Source: an uncultured Verrucomicrobiales bacterium
GTDB taxonomy: Bacteria; Verrucomicrobiota; Verrucomicrobiia; Verrucomicrobiales; DEV007
Reading direction: 5' to 3'
Length of the DNA stretch: 46,127 nt
NCBI GenBank assembly: GCA_938091905.1
Contig: CALKOM010000029.1
Location: forward strand, 1-46,127
This document shows, piece after piece, positions 36,877-46,127 of this stretch. Position numbers and translations under genes: made by a program. The notes below the pieces were generated by a model that was not told the origin of the DNA, made no database searches, and worked only from the letters and a program-made list of their open reading frames with translations. Numbering within the stretch: the first letter of the stretch is position 1; each line of letters begins with the position of its first letter.

Positions 36877-38178
36877 CTAAGCGAGCGGGGCGCCAGGATG
36901 AGGATTCTCTAAGAGTGCCTTCGTGGTCTCGACCATAGATTCGATCCCGTCGACGGTAGATTCTTGGCGCATTTGCAAATCCTTCACATTGATTTGCGGA
37001 TATTCGTCGCCGAAGATTACGGCGGCCCGTGCGTTTTGCTGTTCGGCAAGTTTGATCTGCTTGCCCACTCCAGCCGGGGTGTAGGAGAAATGAACTCGAA
37101 GTCCAGCATCACGCAGTTGCTGAATGCCATCGAGTGCGGCGTAGCGTTGCTGTTCTGAAGCAATGACAGCGTAGACATCGATCGCTGCCGTCTTCTCGGC
37201 GAAGAGGGTCAAGCGACGCTTGGCTTCGTCCGTCTTCTCTAGCAAATTGCCGATCACAGCGTCGCCCATCGCGAAACCTGCGGCGGGCATGTTGGCTTTG
37301 CCGTCGCTTAGTGTGTGAATCAGTTTGTCGTATCGACCGCCACCAGCGATGGCGCGGAGGCCATGTTTCTTGTCAAAGATCTCAAAGACTACGCCCGTGT
37401 AGTAAGCGAGCCCTCGCACAATTCCTAAATCGACTTTGCAAAAGCCATCCTTGCCTTGAGCTTTGAGTGTCTCAAAGAGTCGCGCCAGGCGTGGCACTTT
37501 AGCCACTCCTTCTGCCATGAATGCTTTCACGGATTCTAACGAGGTGCCCAGTTTGGAGAGTTTCTCTTCCGTCTTGGCTTCCTTCTCACGCTCCATCTTA
37601 TCGATGACCTGGAGAAACGTCTCGGTGTCCGAGACTTTGGCCTCCTCAGCAAAGTCGATCCAGGCCTGACGATCGCTCACGCGCACAACGAAGTCGTCTT
37701 GATCAAAACCTAGCGAAAGCATTAAGTCGATGGATAGTGAAAGAATCTCCGCATCCACGTTTTCAGAATCTTCGCCGATGATGTCGCAGTTAAACTGATA
37801 GAATTCCCGGAGCCGTCCTTTGGCGATTTGAGGACGCTCAAAGCGGAAGAAGGGACCGATGCTGAACCAACGCATGGGCTTCTTGAACTCACGCTGTCTC
37901 GCCGCGACCATCCGGGCCAAGGTCGGTGTCAATTCTGGGCGCATGCTGACCTCGCGGTCGCCTTTGTCGGTGAAGGCAAAGAGCTGCTCGACCACCTCGT
38001 CGCCGCTCTTCTTTCGATAAAGGTCGGTCGACTCGAGAATGGGCCCCTCATACTCATGAAAACCATAACGATGACAGAGGTCGCGCCACTGGGAGAAGAG
38101 GTAGTTCCGGGTGGCGCATTCCTGGGGATAGAAATCGCGGAACCCGGGAAGTGTTTGTATGGCTGGCCCTGAACTCAT
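36877..38178 (-). CDS. hisS: Histidine--tRNA ligase
   Basis: PGFRDFYP, RPELTP, FRFERPQ..GRLREFYQ, VRGLAYYTG, GGGRYD. Start set at ATG 38178 (ORF extends to 38226). Confidence 0.97.
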   Translation of the reverse strand: MSSGPAIQTLPGFRDFYPQECATRNYLFSQWRDLCHRYGFHEYEGPILESTDLYRKKSGDEVVEQLFAFTDKGDREVSMRPELTPTLARMVAARQREFKKPMRWFSIGPFFRFERPQIAKGRLREFYQFNCDIIGEDSENVDAEILSLSIDLMLSLGFDQDDFVVRVSDRQAWIDFAEEAKVSDTETFLQVIDKMEREKEAKTEEKLSKLGTSLESVKAFMAEGVAKVPRLARLFETLKAQGKDGFCKVDLGIVRGLAYYTGVVFEIFDKKHGLRAIAGGGRYDKLIHTLSDGKANMPAAGFAMGDAVIGNLLEKTDEAKRRLTLFAEKTAAIDVYAVIASEQQRYAALDGIQQLRDAGLRVHFSYTPAGVGKQIKLAEQQNARAAVIFGDEYPQINVKDLQMRQESTVDGIESMVETTKALLENPHPGAPLA

Positions 38179-38346
38179 TGCTCGATAGAGAGCGGCCAAG
38201 CATGCATTGAGCCCTTGGTTATTCAACTAAAACCTAGGAATCCAAGGCCGGGAGCAGCAGCGTGGGTCTGATGGGGGCTTTTGGATGCAAATGAGCAGCA
38301 CCCAGATGAATCTGGACGCTGCTCGTGCTTTGGGTCACGAGGGAGA

Positions 38347-39403
38347 TTAGGAAGGGTTCACCACGCCGGCGAAGTGTTGGACGGTTTCCGTGAGGCCACT
38401 CTTGAACAGGCGCTTGGTTTGCAGGACAAGGCAGCATTTGATGCCTGGCGCGATGTGAGGGATGTCGAGTTGGAAGAGCGGTGCACACGGTCGCCGCCTT
38501 CTTTCACTGCGTGGTCTTTTTTAAATATTCTGTTAGAAGGGCCTGTGCTTTTAGCCTTTTCGGGCACGAACTTGCCATTGACCCATTAAAAATAGATGGG
38601 TTTCCAGGTGCCTTCGCCAGGTTCGCCGTTCTCTGTGGGAAACCAGAATTTCATCATAGGCGTGACGGTGGTAGAGATGATGTCGTCTTGCTGACTGGAC
38701 GCGTGCCATACCTGGAGCTTGCCGGTGGAGCCTTCTTGCAGGACAAAAGGATACTTGCCTGACACTGTTTGGAGTTTGGCCGCTCGCTTGTTCATGCCGT
38801 AGAGGTCTTGGATGTAGTCGCGGACTACGATCTCTGCTAGTTCGTGATCAAGCGGTGACTTTTTTATGTTGTAGAGATCTTTGAACAGGCTATAAATGGC
38901 CTTTACCCGCCCTCGCCAAAGACGTCTGAGAGTATGGCTCCAATGAGAGCATTGAAGCCTTATTGCCCGAGCTTCTTGGATAGCTCTTGGACGAGCCTGC
39001 TGAACGATCTTAAAGATCCTCTCTTGAAGTTGTTTGGCGGTTGGTGCGACGTATGTGTGGGAAAGAAAGGATGGTTGCCAATGGTTTTTGAGTTCAGCCC
39101 CGCGGGTGAGAATGACGCGCCATTCGATGGTGGAGAAGGTGTTTGCCGTGGTGAAGGCAAGGAGATCATCGGGCGAGGCTTGCGCTACCCAGGGCGTGAG
39201 TCTGTTCCCTTTGGATCCGGTTAGCGAAGGTGTTGACTGGGGGGAACTGCTTGCGAGTGTCTCGCGGATTGGGCCGTGTTCGTTGTTTCTCCCGTGGTGG
39301 ATTGATTGGAAGCTCGTTGAGGAAACGCTAGGCCTTTGAGGACGCCACAGGCGCACCCTACGACAAGTAGCCAAGTCATCTGTAGGATGGGAGCGTGGCA
39401 CAT
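38347..39403 (-). pseudogene. Probable degraded gene for an unknown exported protein
   Basis: ORF 38586..39401 continues in frame past TAA 38586-38588 (KPIYF*WVNGKFVPEK, ORF 38358..38567). A signal-like start (MCHAPILQMTWLLVVGCACG, 39403) and a plausible C-terminus (to TAA 38347) lie in other frames. No family recognised. Confidence 0.42.
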
Positions 39404-39551
39404 GGTGAGGTTTCGGCTAGGGTGTATTGGTGATTTGTCGCCGTCTTGGGTTTTTGAATTCAGGGATGGGCGCTTACTGAGTCTAATGATGCCTGGGATT
39501 CCATTTGTTTGAACAAGATCTCGGCCGTAGGAGTCCATTCAACAGACGACG

Positions 39552-41462
39552 ATGGCGCAATTACGATCTTTAGCGACGGTGAGTGGGTTTACGGCAATTA
39601 GCCGGGTGCTCGGATTTCTGCGGGACATGCTGATTGCTCGCTTTGTCGGGGCGAACCTGATCACAGACGCCTTCTTTACAGCGTTTCGCTTTCCGAACAT
39701 GTTTCGGCGGATCTTTGGCGAGGGGGCGTTCAATGCAGCTTTTGTGCCGCTTTTTGCTAAGAAGTTAGAGAATGACGGGAAGAAAGAGGCTATAGCGTTT
39801 GGTTCGCACACATTCTCGATGCTTGCTCTCGTGCTTGGCGTAGGCACGGTCATTGCGATTCCCTGCATGGGGTGGATCATGTCGCTCGTCGCCCCTGGTT
39901 TTAAGGCGAAGTTTGACAGTGGGTGGGTTGATCCGAGACAAGCGGCGATCGTTGCGGAGGAGGCTATCAAAGTGGAGGGGGTAAAGGAGGTGTATCTCGT
40001 CTATGATGTCCGCGGCGAGCAGGTGCCTGAATTAGCATTTGGTCAGGCAGATCTGGTAAAGAAGTCAGGTGAGCGTGTCTCTTTGATGTCTGTTGCTGAC
40101 AAAGGAAACGCGGATTCTCAATCACTCCGGCTGACTGAGCGTGGGGAGATTCGGTTTACACTGCCAGCGCAACACGATTTCGTGACGCTTCAACTTGAGG
40201 GTATGCTTGGAGCGGTTGAAGGTGAGTCGCAGGCCAAGATACAAGTTTACCGCAATGACCCCGGGACGTTTCCGCTTACGGTGACGTTGGCGAGAATCAC
40301 CTTCATTTACCTTCTCTGCATGGCTTTGGCGGCGCATCTTAGTGGTGTCCTAAACACAGTGCGAATCTTTGGCATGCCGGCAGCTGCGCCGATCATGCTC
40401 AACGTGATCTTTATTATCGGGCTAGTCATATTTGTTCCAATGTTAGGGTATGCGGGTCATGTGCTTGCGTGGTGTGTGTTTGTGGCAGGCTTTGTTCAAT
40501 TAGCAGCGTTGTGGTGGACTTGTCGAAAGCATGGGTATGGCATTCGGCTGCTCAAGCCCAAGATTTCGCCCGAGATGAAACGGCTCTTTCTCCTGATGGG
40601 ACCTGGCATTCTCAGCGCGGGTATTCAGCAGATCAATCTACTGATTGGCGGGATCATTGCGACGCATCAGTCAAATGCGGTTTCTTATCTCTACTACTCG
40701 GAGCGCATCTATCAGTTGCCACTGGGCATGGTGGGGATCGCCTTTGGAGTAGTCCTGCTGCCGGAGATCACGCGGGCGCTTCGGGCGAACAAGCCTGACA
40801 AGGCACTGGATAGCTTGAATCGTGGGGTGGAGTATTCACTACTTATCACGCTGCCGGCGGCGATAGCCTTGATCGTGATCGCCATGCCCATCATTTCGGG
40901 TGTCTTTCAGTGGGGGAGTAACTTCACGAAGTGGGAAACGCTGGCAACAGCTCCTGCGTTGAGTGCCTTTGCGATTGGATTACCTGGCTATGTGTTGGTG
41001 AAGGTTTTGCAGCCAGGCTACTTTGCTAGGGAAGATACGAAGACGCCGATGTACATTGCAGGAGCGACGGTGTTGACGAACATCGTTTTTAGTTTAATCC
41101 TCTTCAGTCTGTTGCGATCTCGCGAGATGGGGCATGTGGGGATTGCCTTGGCCACGAGTATCGCGGCTTGGGTGAACGTGGCTTTGTTAGCAATCGGACT
41201 GCGCCGTCGTGGGTATTTGAAAATTGATCCGCGCTTGAAGGATCGCATCTGGAGGATCGTTGTTTCTAGTGTGCTGATGGGTTCCCTGCTGATGCTGCTC
41301 TATCAAGCCGTCGAGATCAATTTTCTTGCCGCCGGTGGCCTGATGCGGCTTGTCTATTTGACGGCGCTTATAGTCGTTGGGTTAGGTTCCTATGCGGCGT
41401 CAGCGGTGACTTTGGGGGCCACTTCACGAGCTGAGCTTCGACAGGGATTCCGCAGGGGATAA
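39552..41462 (+). CDS. murJ: Lipid II flippase MurJ with a large loop insertion
   Basis: SRVLGFLRD, DAFFTAFRFPNMFRRIFGEGAF, YYSERIYQLPLG, GYFAREDTKTP, GHVGIALATS. Confidence 0.96.
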   Translation: MAQLRSLATVSGFTAISRVLGFLRDMLIARFVGANLITDAFFTAFRFPNMFRRIFGEGAFNAAFVPLFAKKLENDGKKEAIAFGSHTFSMLALVLGVGTVIAIPCMGWIMSLVAPGFKAKFDSGWVDPRQAAIVAEEAIKVEGVKEVYLVYDVRGEQVPELAFGQADLVKKSGERVSLMSVADKGNADSQSLRLTERGEIRFTLPAQHDFVTLQLEGMLGAVEGESQAKIQVYRNDPGTFPLTVTLARITFIYLLCMALAAHLSGVLNTVRIFGMPAAAPIMLNVIFIIGLVIFVPMLGYAGHVLAWCVFVAGFVQLAALWWTCRKHGYGIRLLKPKISPEMKRLFLLMGPGILSAGIQQINLLIGGIIATHQSNAVSYLYYSERIYQLPLGMVGIAFGVVLLPEITRALRANKPDKALDSLNRGVEYSLLITLPAAIALIVIAMPIISGVFQWGSNFTKWETLATAPALSAFAIGLPGYVLVKVLQPGYFAREDTKTPMYIAGATVLTNIVFSLILFSLLRSREMGHVGIALATSIAAWVNVALLAIGLRRRGYLKIDPRLKDRIWRIVVSSVLMGSLLMLLYQAVEINFLAAGGLMRLVYLTALIVVGLGSYAASAVTLGATSRAELRQGFRRG

Positions 41463-41468
41463 GCAAGG

Positions 41469-43751
41469 ATGATGCAGACGAAGTACAGACTCTGTCTTTG
41501 GTTCTTGGCCTGCTTACTGGTGTCGGTTCAGGGGCAGGGGCAGGGGGACTTTCCCTCGTTGCGTCGGCAATTTCAGGATCTGCCTTGCCTGGCTCCCATC
41601 ATCGAGCGGATTGATGAGAACGCTCCGAAGACGGTCGAGGAAGCACTTTCCCTGCCACCGTACGAGTCTCCCGACCCGGGGGCTTTGTTAGATGTCGAGG
41701 GACTTCATTTTCCCGTCACCCACCAGGCGACAGAGACTGATAAAGTCAGGCAGTGGTTTGATCAGGGGCTAGGGTTGTTTCACTTGGGCTCGATGCTTGA
41801 GGCGGAGCGCTGTTTCCGGGAGGTTGTTCGGTTAGACCCGAAGTGCCCCATGGCTTTCCTGGGATTGGCGCTTGTAAATGAGAGAGTGCCACGACGAGCG
41901 GAATTGTACGTGGAGCGGGCGTTGCACCTCGCTGAGGAAACGAGACTGACAAAGCGCGAGAAGGCATGGCTACGTGTCTACCGAGACTACTACGACCCGC
42001 TTGGCAATCCCATTTCAAGCGAGGGGCCGAAATTGCAGCGGGAACGGGAGAAGTACTTGTCAGCCGATTTGGAGAATTTGGTTCGTGACTATCCAGATGA
42101 CGTTGAGGCCAAGGGAATGCTCCTGCGGACGCTAGCTGGGTGCTGGCTCGCCTCCAACGATCGACCAGACTTTGCGTTGGGTTTGGATTTGTTAGGCGAA
42201 GTGATCGCGAAGGCTTCGTCCTTTCATCCCTCGCAGGTTCACTTCATCAAGTTGCACCAGAGATTTGCGCCGGATCAGTCGAGCGCTACGGCGCTGGAGT
42301 TTCTCAAGCAAGGGTACTCGGAACCGCAGGTGTATGCCCAAGCGAGTGCCGCGCTCTTTGCTTCCCGGCAACACGCCTCTAGCATCGCGGCGAGCGAGAT
42401 GGGGTTGCGCGTGCTGCATCGGCAAGCCGCGTCCCGAAAGTCGCTTCCAGCGTATCAAGAGGCCTACGAGCCTCTTGTATTGCAGCATTTGTCAAATTTG
42501 GTCTTGGTGGGGCGGATACGAGAAGCCTTGCATTGGTTGGAGGTTCTGGAACGCGTTCCGCGTCTACCTGGGGCGGAGCGTTCGCCTTTGTTCCCTCAGC
42601 CACAGGAACGGTTCACGGCGACGAATCTCGCCAAGATGCGCTTTCGAATTCTGATCCGAGGGGAACGTTGGGCTGCTCTGGAGACGATGGGAGAGCAGTG
42701 GAGTGAGAACTCTCAGGAGCCAATACTTCAAATGCTAGGCTGCCTGGCAAAGCACGCGGTGGCGAGGGCATTGAGTAAGACGCGCGACGATCTAACACGG
42801 CCTGAAACCCTCTTTCGTGAACTCTTGGCATCGGGCAAGGTGAAAAAAGAGTCTGAGCTAAAGCGTCTCGCAGGTCACGGGCGCGAGATGGTTCGTGTCT
42901 ATGATGGGAAGGCGTCCAAGGGTGTTGATCGGACGAGCCTATCGGACGTGTATCCTCTCGAGTACTACCTTTCAAATCTGGCTCGGGGTGGTCTGGCGAA
43001 CGAAGCGGCCGCCGACATGCTTCAGTTTCTCAGTGCGAATGGCCACGCTCCCTTAATCGCTGCCCATGCCATTTCGCTGTTGCTTGAAGTGGACATGGAG
43101 GATGAAGCGAGGCTCGTGTTCAGCACGGCGTTTCGAAAGTCTGCGGCATTGGGCGATTCTGATTTGCCGATCTGGGGGCATGTGCGGCCGATTGCGAATA
43201 AGGTGGGCTTGCTAGAGCGTTGGACGTTGCCTGGTCAGACAATCACTTTGCCAGGGGGTGAACCGGAGAGTGTCGAGGCCATGGGGCCAAAGTGGTGGCG
43301 TAATCGAAAGCCTGAGCAAGCGCGATTTCTCGACCAAGATGGAAATGTCGTGCCTCTAGCAGACAAGCGTGGAAAGGCATTGTTAGTGCAATTCTTTATT
43401 GGCGTGCATTGTGGTTTCTGTCTGGAGCAACTTGAGGGGCTCGCCAAGAAAGCGGAGGCTTTCGAGAAGGTCGACGTGGAGATCCTGGCCGTGAGCCCAG
43501 ACCGGCCGGATGCGGTGAAGGCGTTTCTTGATGCTGCAGAGGAGACTAGGTGGCCGTTTGAGTTTCTTTCAGACTCCAAAATGGAGGTGCTCAGGCACTT
43601 TCGCTATTGGGATGGGTTCGAGGGCGAGGCGATGCATGGGACCCTGCTTCTGGGGGCTGACGGGAAGATTCTTTGGACCTTTTCAGGTCATGAGCCGTTT
43701 AAGGAGTGGGACTTACTCCTTTCGGAGGTAGGTCGCCCCGGCTTTTTGTAA
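41469..43751 (+). CDS. Exported TPR protein with a C-terminal AhpC/TSA redoxin domain
   Basis: WFDQGLGLFH...EAERCFREVVRLDPKCPMAFLGLAL (TPR); C-terminal FFIGVHCGFCLEQL, ILAVSPD, FEFLSD, HGTLLLG. Confidence 0.85.
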   Translation: MMQTKYRLCLWFLACLLVSVQGQGQGDFPSLRRQFQDLPCLAPIIERIDENAPKTVEEALSLPPYESPDPGALLDVEGLHFPVTHQATETDKVRQWFDQGLGLFHLGSMLEAERCFREVVRLDPKCPMAFLGLALVNERVPRRAELYVERALHLAEETRLTKREKAWLRVYRDYYDPLGNPISSEGPKLQREREKYLSADLENLVRDYPDDVEAKGMLLRTLAGCWLASNDRPDFALGLDLLGEVIAKASSFHPSQVHFIKLHQRFAPDQSSATALEFLKQGYSEPQVYAQASAALFASRQHASSIAASEMGLRVLHRQAASRKSLPAYQEAYEPLVLQHLSNLVLVGRIREALHWLEVLERVPRLPGAERSPLFPQPQERFTATNLAKMRFRILIRGERWAALETMGEQWSENSQEPILQMLGCLAKHAVARALSKTRDDLTRPETLFRELLASGKVKKESELKRLAGHGREMVRVYDGKASKGVDRTSLSDVYPLEYYLSNLARGGLANEAAADMLQFLSANGHAPLIAAHAISLLLEVDMEDEARLVFSTAFRKSAALGDSDLPIWGHVRPIANKVGLLERWTLPGQTITLPGGEPESVEAMGPKWWRNRKPEQARFLDQDGNVVPLADKRGKALLVQFFIGVHCGFCLEQLEGLAKKAEAFEKVDVEILAVSPDRPDAVKAFLDAAEETRWPFEFLSDSKMEVLRHFRYWDGFEGEAMHGTLLLGADGKILWTFSGHEPFKEWDLLLSEVGRPGFL

Positions 43752-43774
43752 GCTTTACCGAAAGCGTTTGTCTT

Positions 43775-43780
43775 TATAAT
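43775..43780 (+). promoter_or_regulatory. Possible -10 box (TATAAT) for the downstream gene
   Basis: Perfect TATAAT 24 bp upstream of ATG 43805; -35 unclear. Confidence 0.35.
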
Positions 43781-43804
43781 TACCATAGTTCACTCTTCCC
43801 CATC

Positions 43805-46127
43805 ATGGCAGACCGCAAGACCTCCATCACGCGGCTCAACCGACTCATCTTCATGGCGATGAGCTTTGGTTTGGCGACTCTAGCGCAAGCGATCATTGAT
43901 GTGGATGGAGATGGATTAGACGACGTTTGGCAGGAACGGTTTGGTGCGGGTGACCTGACGCCAGAGGGGGATGCCGATGGCGACGGTCAAACAAACTTGA
44001 TGGAGTGTGTTGCAGGGACGGACCCTTACGATGGTACTAAGGTGCACCAGTTTTCCGAGCAGATGCTCGATGAAACGGGGACGATGTGGGTGACCTGGGA
44101 CACGCAGGTGGGTAAACTCTATCAGATGGAGATTGCTGACACGCCTTTAAACCTGGCGTTTGTCGATTTCGGACCAAGCCTACACGGTACGGGAGACTCT
44201 CTGACCGTGCGTTTTGAGGAAGGAGAGAATCCTGAAATTGTTGGAGCGGTTTTTCATGAGCTTTGGATCGGTATCCGCGGAATCAACGCTCTCAACGCGA
44301 AGTTGACGGATGGGACGCCGCCGGACGCGACCCAGGCGCTAACGCAAACCGAGATTCCGGCGGGAGTGGCTGATTACTATGGCGGTCGAATGCGTGGCTA
44401 CATCGTGCCGCCCGCATCGGGAGACTATCGTTTCTATCTCGAAAGTGGTGGTGATAGTGAGCTGTGGTTGTCGACGACCGATGACATCGATGTGATCAAG
44501 CAGGAGAAGCCGACGGATCTGACGGAACCGGGTTGGTCACAGGTCTTTGATCGTGTTTCGCTTGTAGAAGGCGTTCCACGTTATTTTGAAGTGCGTCATG
44601 TCCAGGGGGTGGGACTAGATCATGCCAAGTTGGGATGGAAGGGAACCGATGCGGACGAGATTGCCGTTGTTCCATCCAAAATTCTAAAACCGTACGTGGA
44701 AGGTATTGTGGCAGGGTTAGGTATAGATGGCATGCGAAAGTTCTTCCGAGTCCGTGTGGCTGACCAGGATCAGGATGGCGATGGCATCACAGACTGGGCT
44801 GAGGCGCAGCTTCTCGGAGATGGCGTCTTCTTCTTTGCCGATGCGGAATCCACGAATGGGAGGAATGATGGGGCGCTGTTGAGCGCTGCGCTAGTCGGCA
44901 TCGATGATCCAGATGTGGTCAGTCTCTCGGTTGCTGATGATGCGGCCTATGAAGACAATGCTCCTCTAGGTGGGGATGACCACGGAAGCATGGTGCTCCA
45001 ACGAAGCGGGGGCTTGCAGCCGCTTTCCGTGAGCATAGCCTCTGAAATTGTCGCCGCACCTGAGGAAGCGGCCGAGCCGAGCGACTACTCATTGGAGCGA
45101 CCCGATGGCACAGTGGTCAAAACTGTCGTCACGCTCCCTTTTGGAGTGCTTTCCTACCCGCTTACCGTGAAGGCGAATCCGGACAGCGATCACGAATTTC
45201 GTGAGACTGTTCGTCGGCGTTTGCAGGCTTCGCCGACAGGTGAGTATGAGCTCGATCTCCAAGACGTGGCCGATGTCCTGCTCTACGATTTTCCCGATCA
45301 TCCTGACAATACGACGCTGTTTGTCGGTAGTTTCTCGAAAGATGGCAAGTGTGCTGGGGAGACGAATGGAAATGGCTTTGCTAGTGCCGTTCTCAATGGC
45401 CCCAAGACGGAGCTGCTACTGGCGAACCAATTCAATAATCTCACCTCTCCGCAGCAGGACTCCCATGTGCACAAATCGAATCCTGGCAACACGCCTGGCA
45501 ACATCATTTACGCGGTGACGAATGAGCCTGGCGGCGAGAGCGGCCCAGAGCCGGGGGCGCTTCCCTACATCGGCGAGATTCAAGCTTACCCGTGGGATCT
45601 GACGGGCTCGACCGGATCACTGGGCAAGCAGGCTGTGATTGAATCCCTGTTCCAAGTGAATGGCGAGACGCCTCTCTACCTCAACATCCATACGGTGAAT
45701 GAGCCTTCGGGTGAGATTTGGGCGTTCCTCACCGAAACTTCGGGAACTTCAAGCGATCCAGGTGACGCAGATCCTTACGATCCGTATTCGCAATTGAGTG
45801 GTGTCGCGTTAGAGCAGGAAGTGCGCCGATTTCTGAACCAAGCGACGTTCGGAGCCACGGATGGCGATGTGGCGGATCTCGTGGGAGCCATTCTAACGGA
45901 GCGCTTGACGAATGCCGGCTATCATCGAGAAACAGCCTTTGAGGCGTGGATCGATGCTCAGATGGCCGTTCCTCAGACTTTCCTGAAGGATCAGGTATTG
46001 GCTGCGGACCAACAAGAATGGAAGCTCCGTGGTTACTTTGACAGTAGCCGCAATCCATCGGCCACCTACCAGGGAAATATGATCAACACGCCTGCGCTTC
46101 CTTCGACATGGGCGACGTTGGATCGGA
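43805..46127 (+). CDS. Large secreted DUF1800-family protein (partial, runs off the window) with DxDxDG repeats, PA14 and CHRD domains
   Basis: Absent from the ORF track because there is no stop. Manual translation: signal peptide, DVDGDGLDDVW, DADGDGQTN, YGGRMRGYIVPPASGDYRFYL (PA14), SHVH...LYLNIHTVNEPSGEI (CHRD), VRRFLNQATFG (DUF1800). Confidence 0.88.
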   Translation, partial: MADRKTSITRLNRLIFMAMSFGLATLAQAIIDVDGDGLDDVWQERFGAGDLTPEGDADGDGQTNLMECVAGTDPYDGTKVHQFSEQMLDETGTMWVTWDTQVGKLYQMEIADTPLNLAFVDFGPSLHGTGDSLTVRFEEGENPEIVGAVFHELWIGIRGINALNAKLTDGTPPDATQALTQTEIPAGVADYYGGRMRGYIVPPASGDYRFYLESGGDSELWLSTTDDIDVIKQEKPTDLTEPGWSQVFDRVSLVEGVPRYFEVRHVQGVGLDHAKLGWKGTDADEIAVVPSKILKPYVEGIVAGLGIDGMRKFFRVRVADQDQDGDGITDWAEAQLLGDGVFFFADAESTNGRNDGALLSAALVGIDDPDVVSLSVADDAAYEDNAPLGGDDHGSMVLQRSGGLQPLSVSIASEIVAAPEEAAEPSDYSLERPDGTVVKTVVTLPFGVLSYPLTVKANPDSDHEFRETVRRRLQASPTGEYELDLQDVADVLLYDFPDHPDNTTLFVGSFSKDGKCAGETNGNGFASAVLNGPKTELLLANQFNNLTSPQQDSHVHKSNPGNTPGNIIYAVTNEPGGESGPEPGALPYIGEIQAYPWDLTGSTGSLGKQAVIESLFQVNGETPLYLNIHTVNEPSGEIWAFLTETSGTSSDPGDADPYDPYSQLSGVALEQEVRRFLNQATFGATDGDVADLVGAILTERLTNAGYHRETAFEAWIDAQMAVPQTFLKDQVLAADQQEWKLRGYFDSSRNPSATYQGNMINTPALPSTWATLDR

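Overview
Bacterial chromosomal segment, most likely Verrucomicrobiota (PVC-type DUF1549/DUF1553 cytochrome plus DUF1501 pair, CotH/lamin-tail protein, DUF1800 protein, DnaA 'DHGTV' motif), that appears to span the replication origin. Left to right: nitrilase-family amidase; a nine-gene Wzx/Wzy exopolysaccharide operon (beta-barrel, short OPX/Wza, Wzc, WcaJ, Wzx, Wzy, three glycosyltransferases); a decayed TPR-protein gene with a 19-unit hexamer microsatellite; dnaN-dnaA and a probable oriC; SSS transporter-clsB-mnmH; CotH protein; DUF1501 and planctomycete-type cytochrome c; DUF1579-like protein; a peroxiredoxin; an enolase-superfamily enzyme; aspS-hisS; a second probable pseudogene; murJ; a TPR-redoxin protein; and a truncated DUF1800 gene. 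The ORF track misses three main things. (1) The peroxiredoxin is split at an in-frame TGA exactly at the peroxidatic Cys position, followed by a bSECIS-like hairpin, so it is probably an exported selenoprotein. (2) A frameshifted GxxExxY nuclease gene is bracketed by 29-bp inverted repeats built from an 8-mer tandem unit, resembling a small mobile cassette. (3) MurJ carries a ~118-aa insertion resembling a circularly permuted NPCBM domain. No tRNA, rRNA, CRISPR array or transposase was recognised. All family assignments come from motif recognition by eye, not from database searches.
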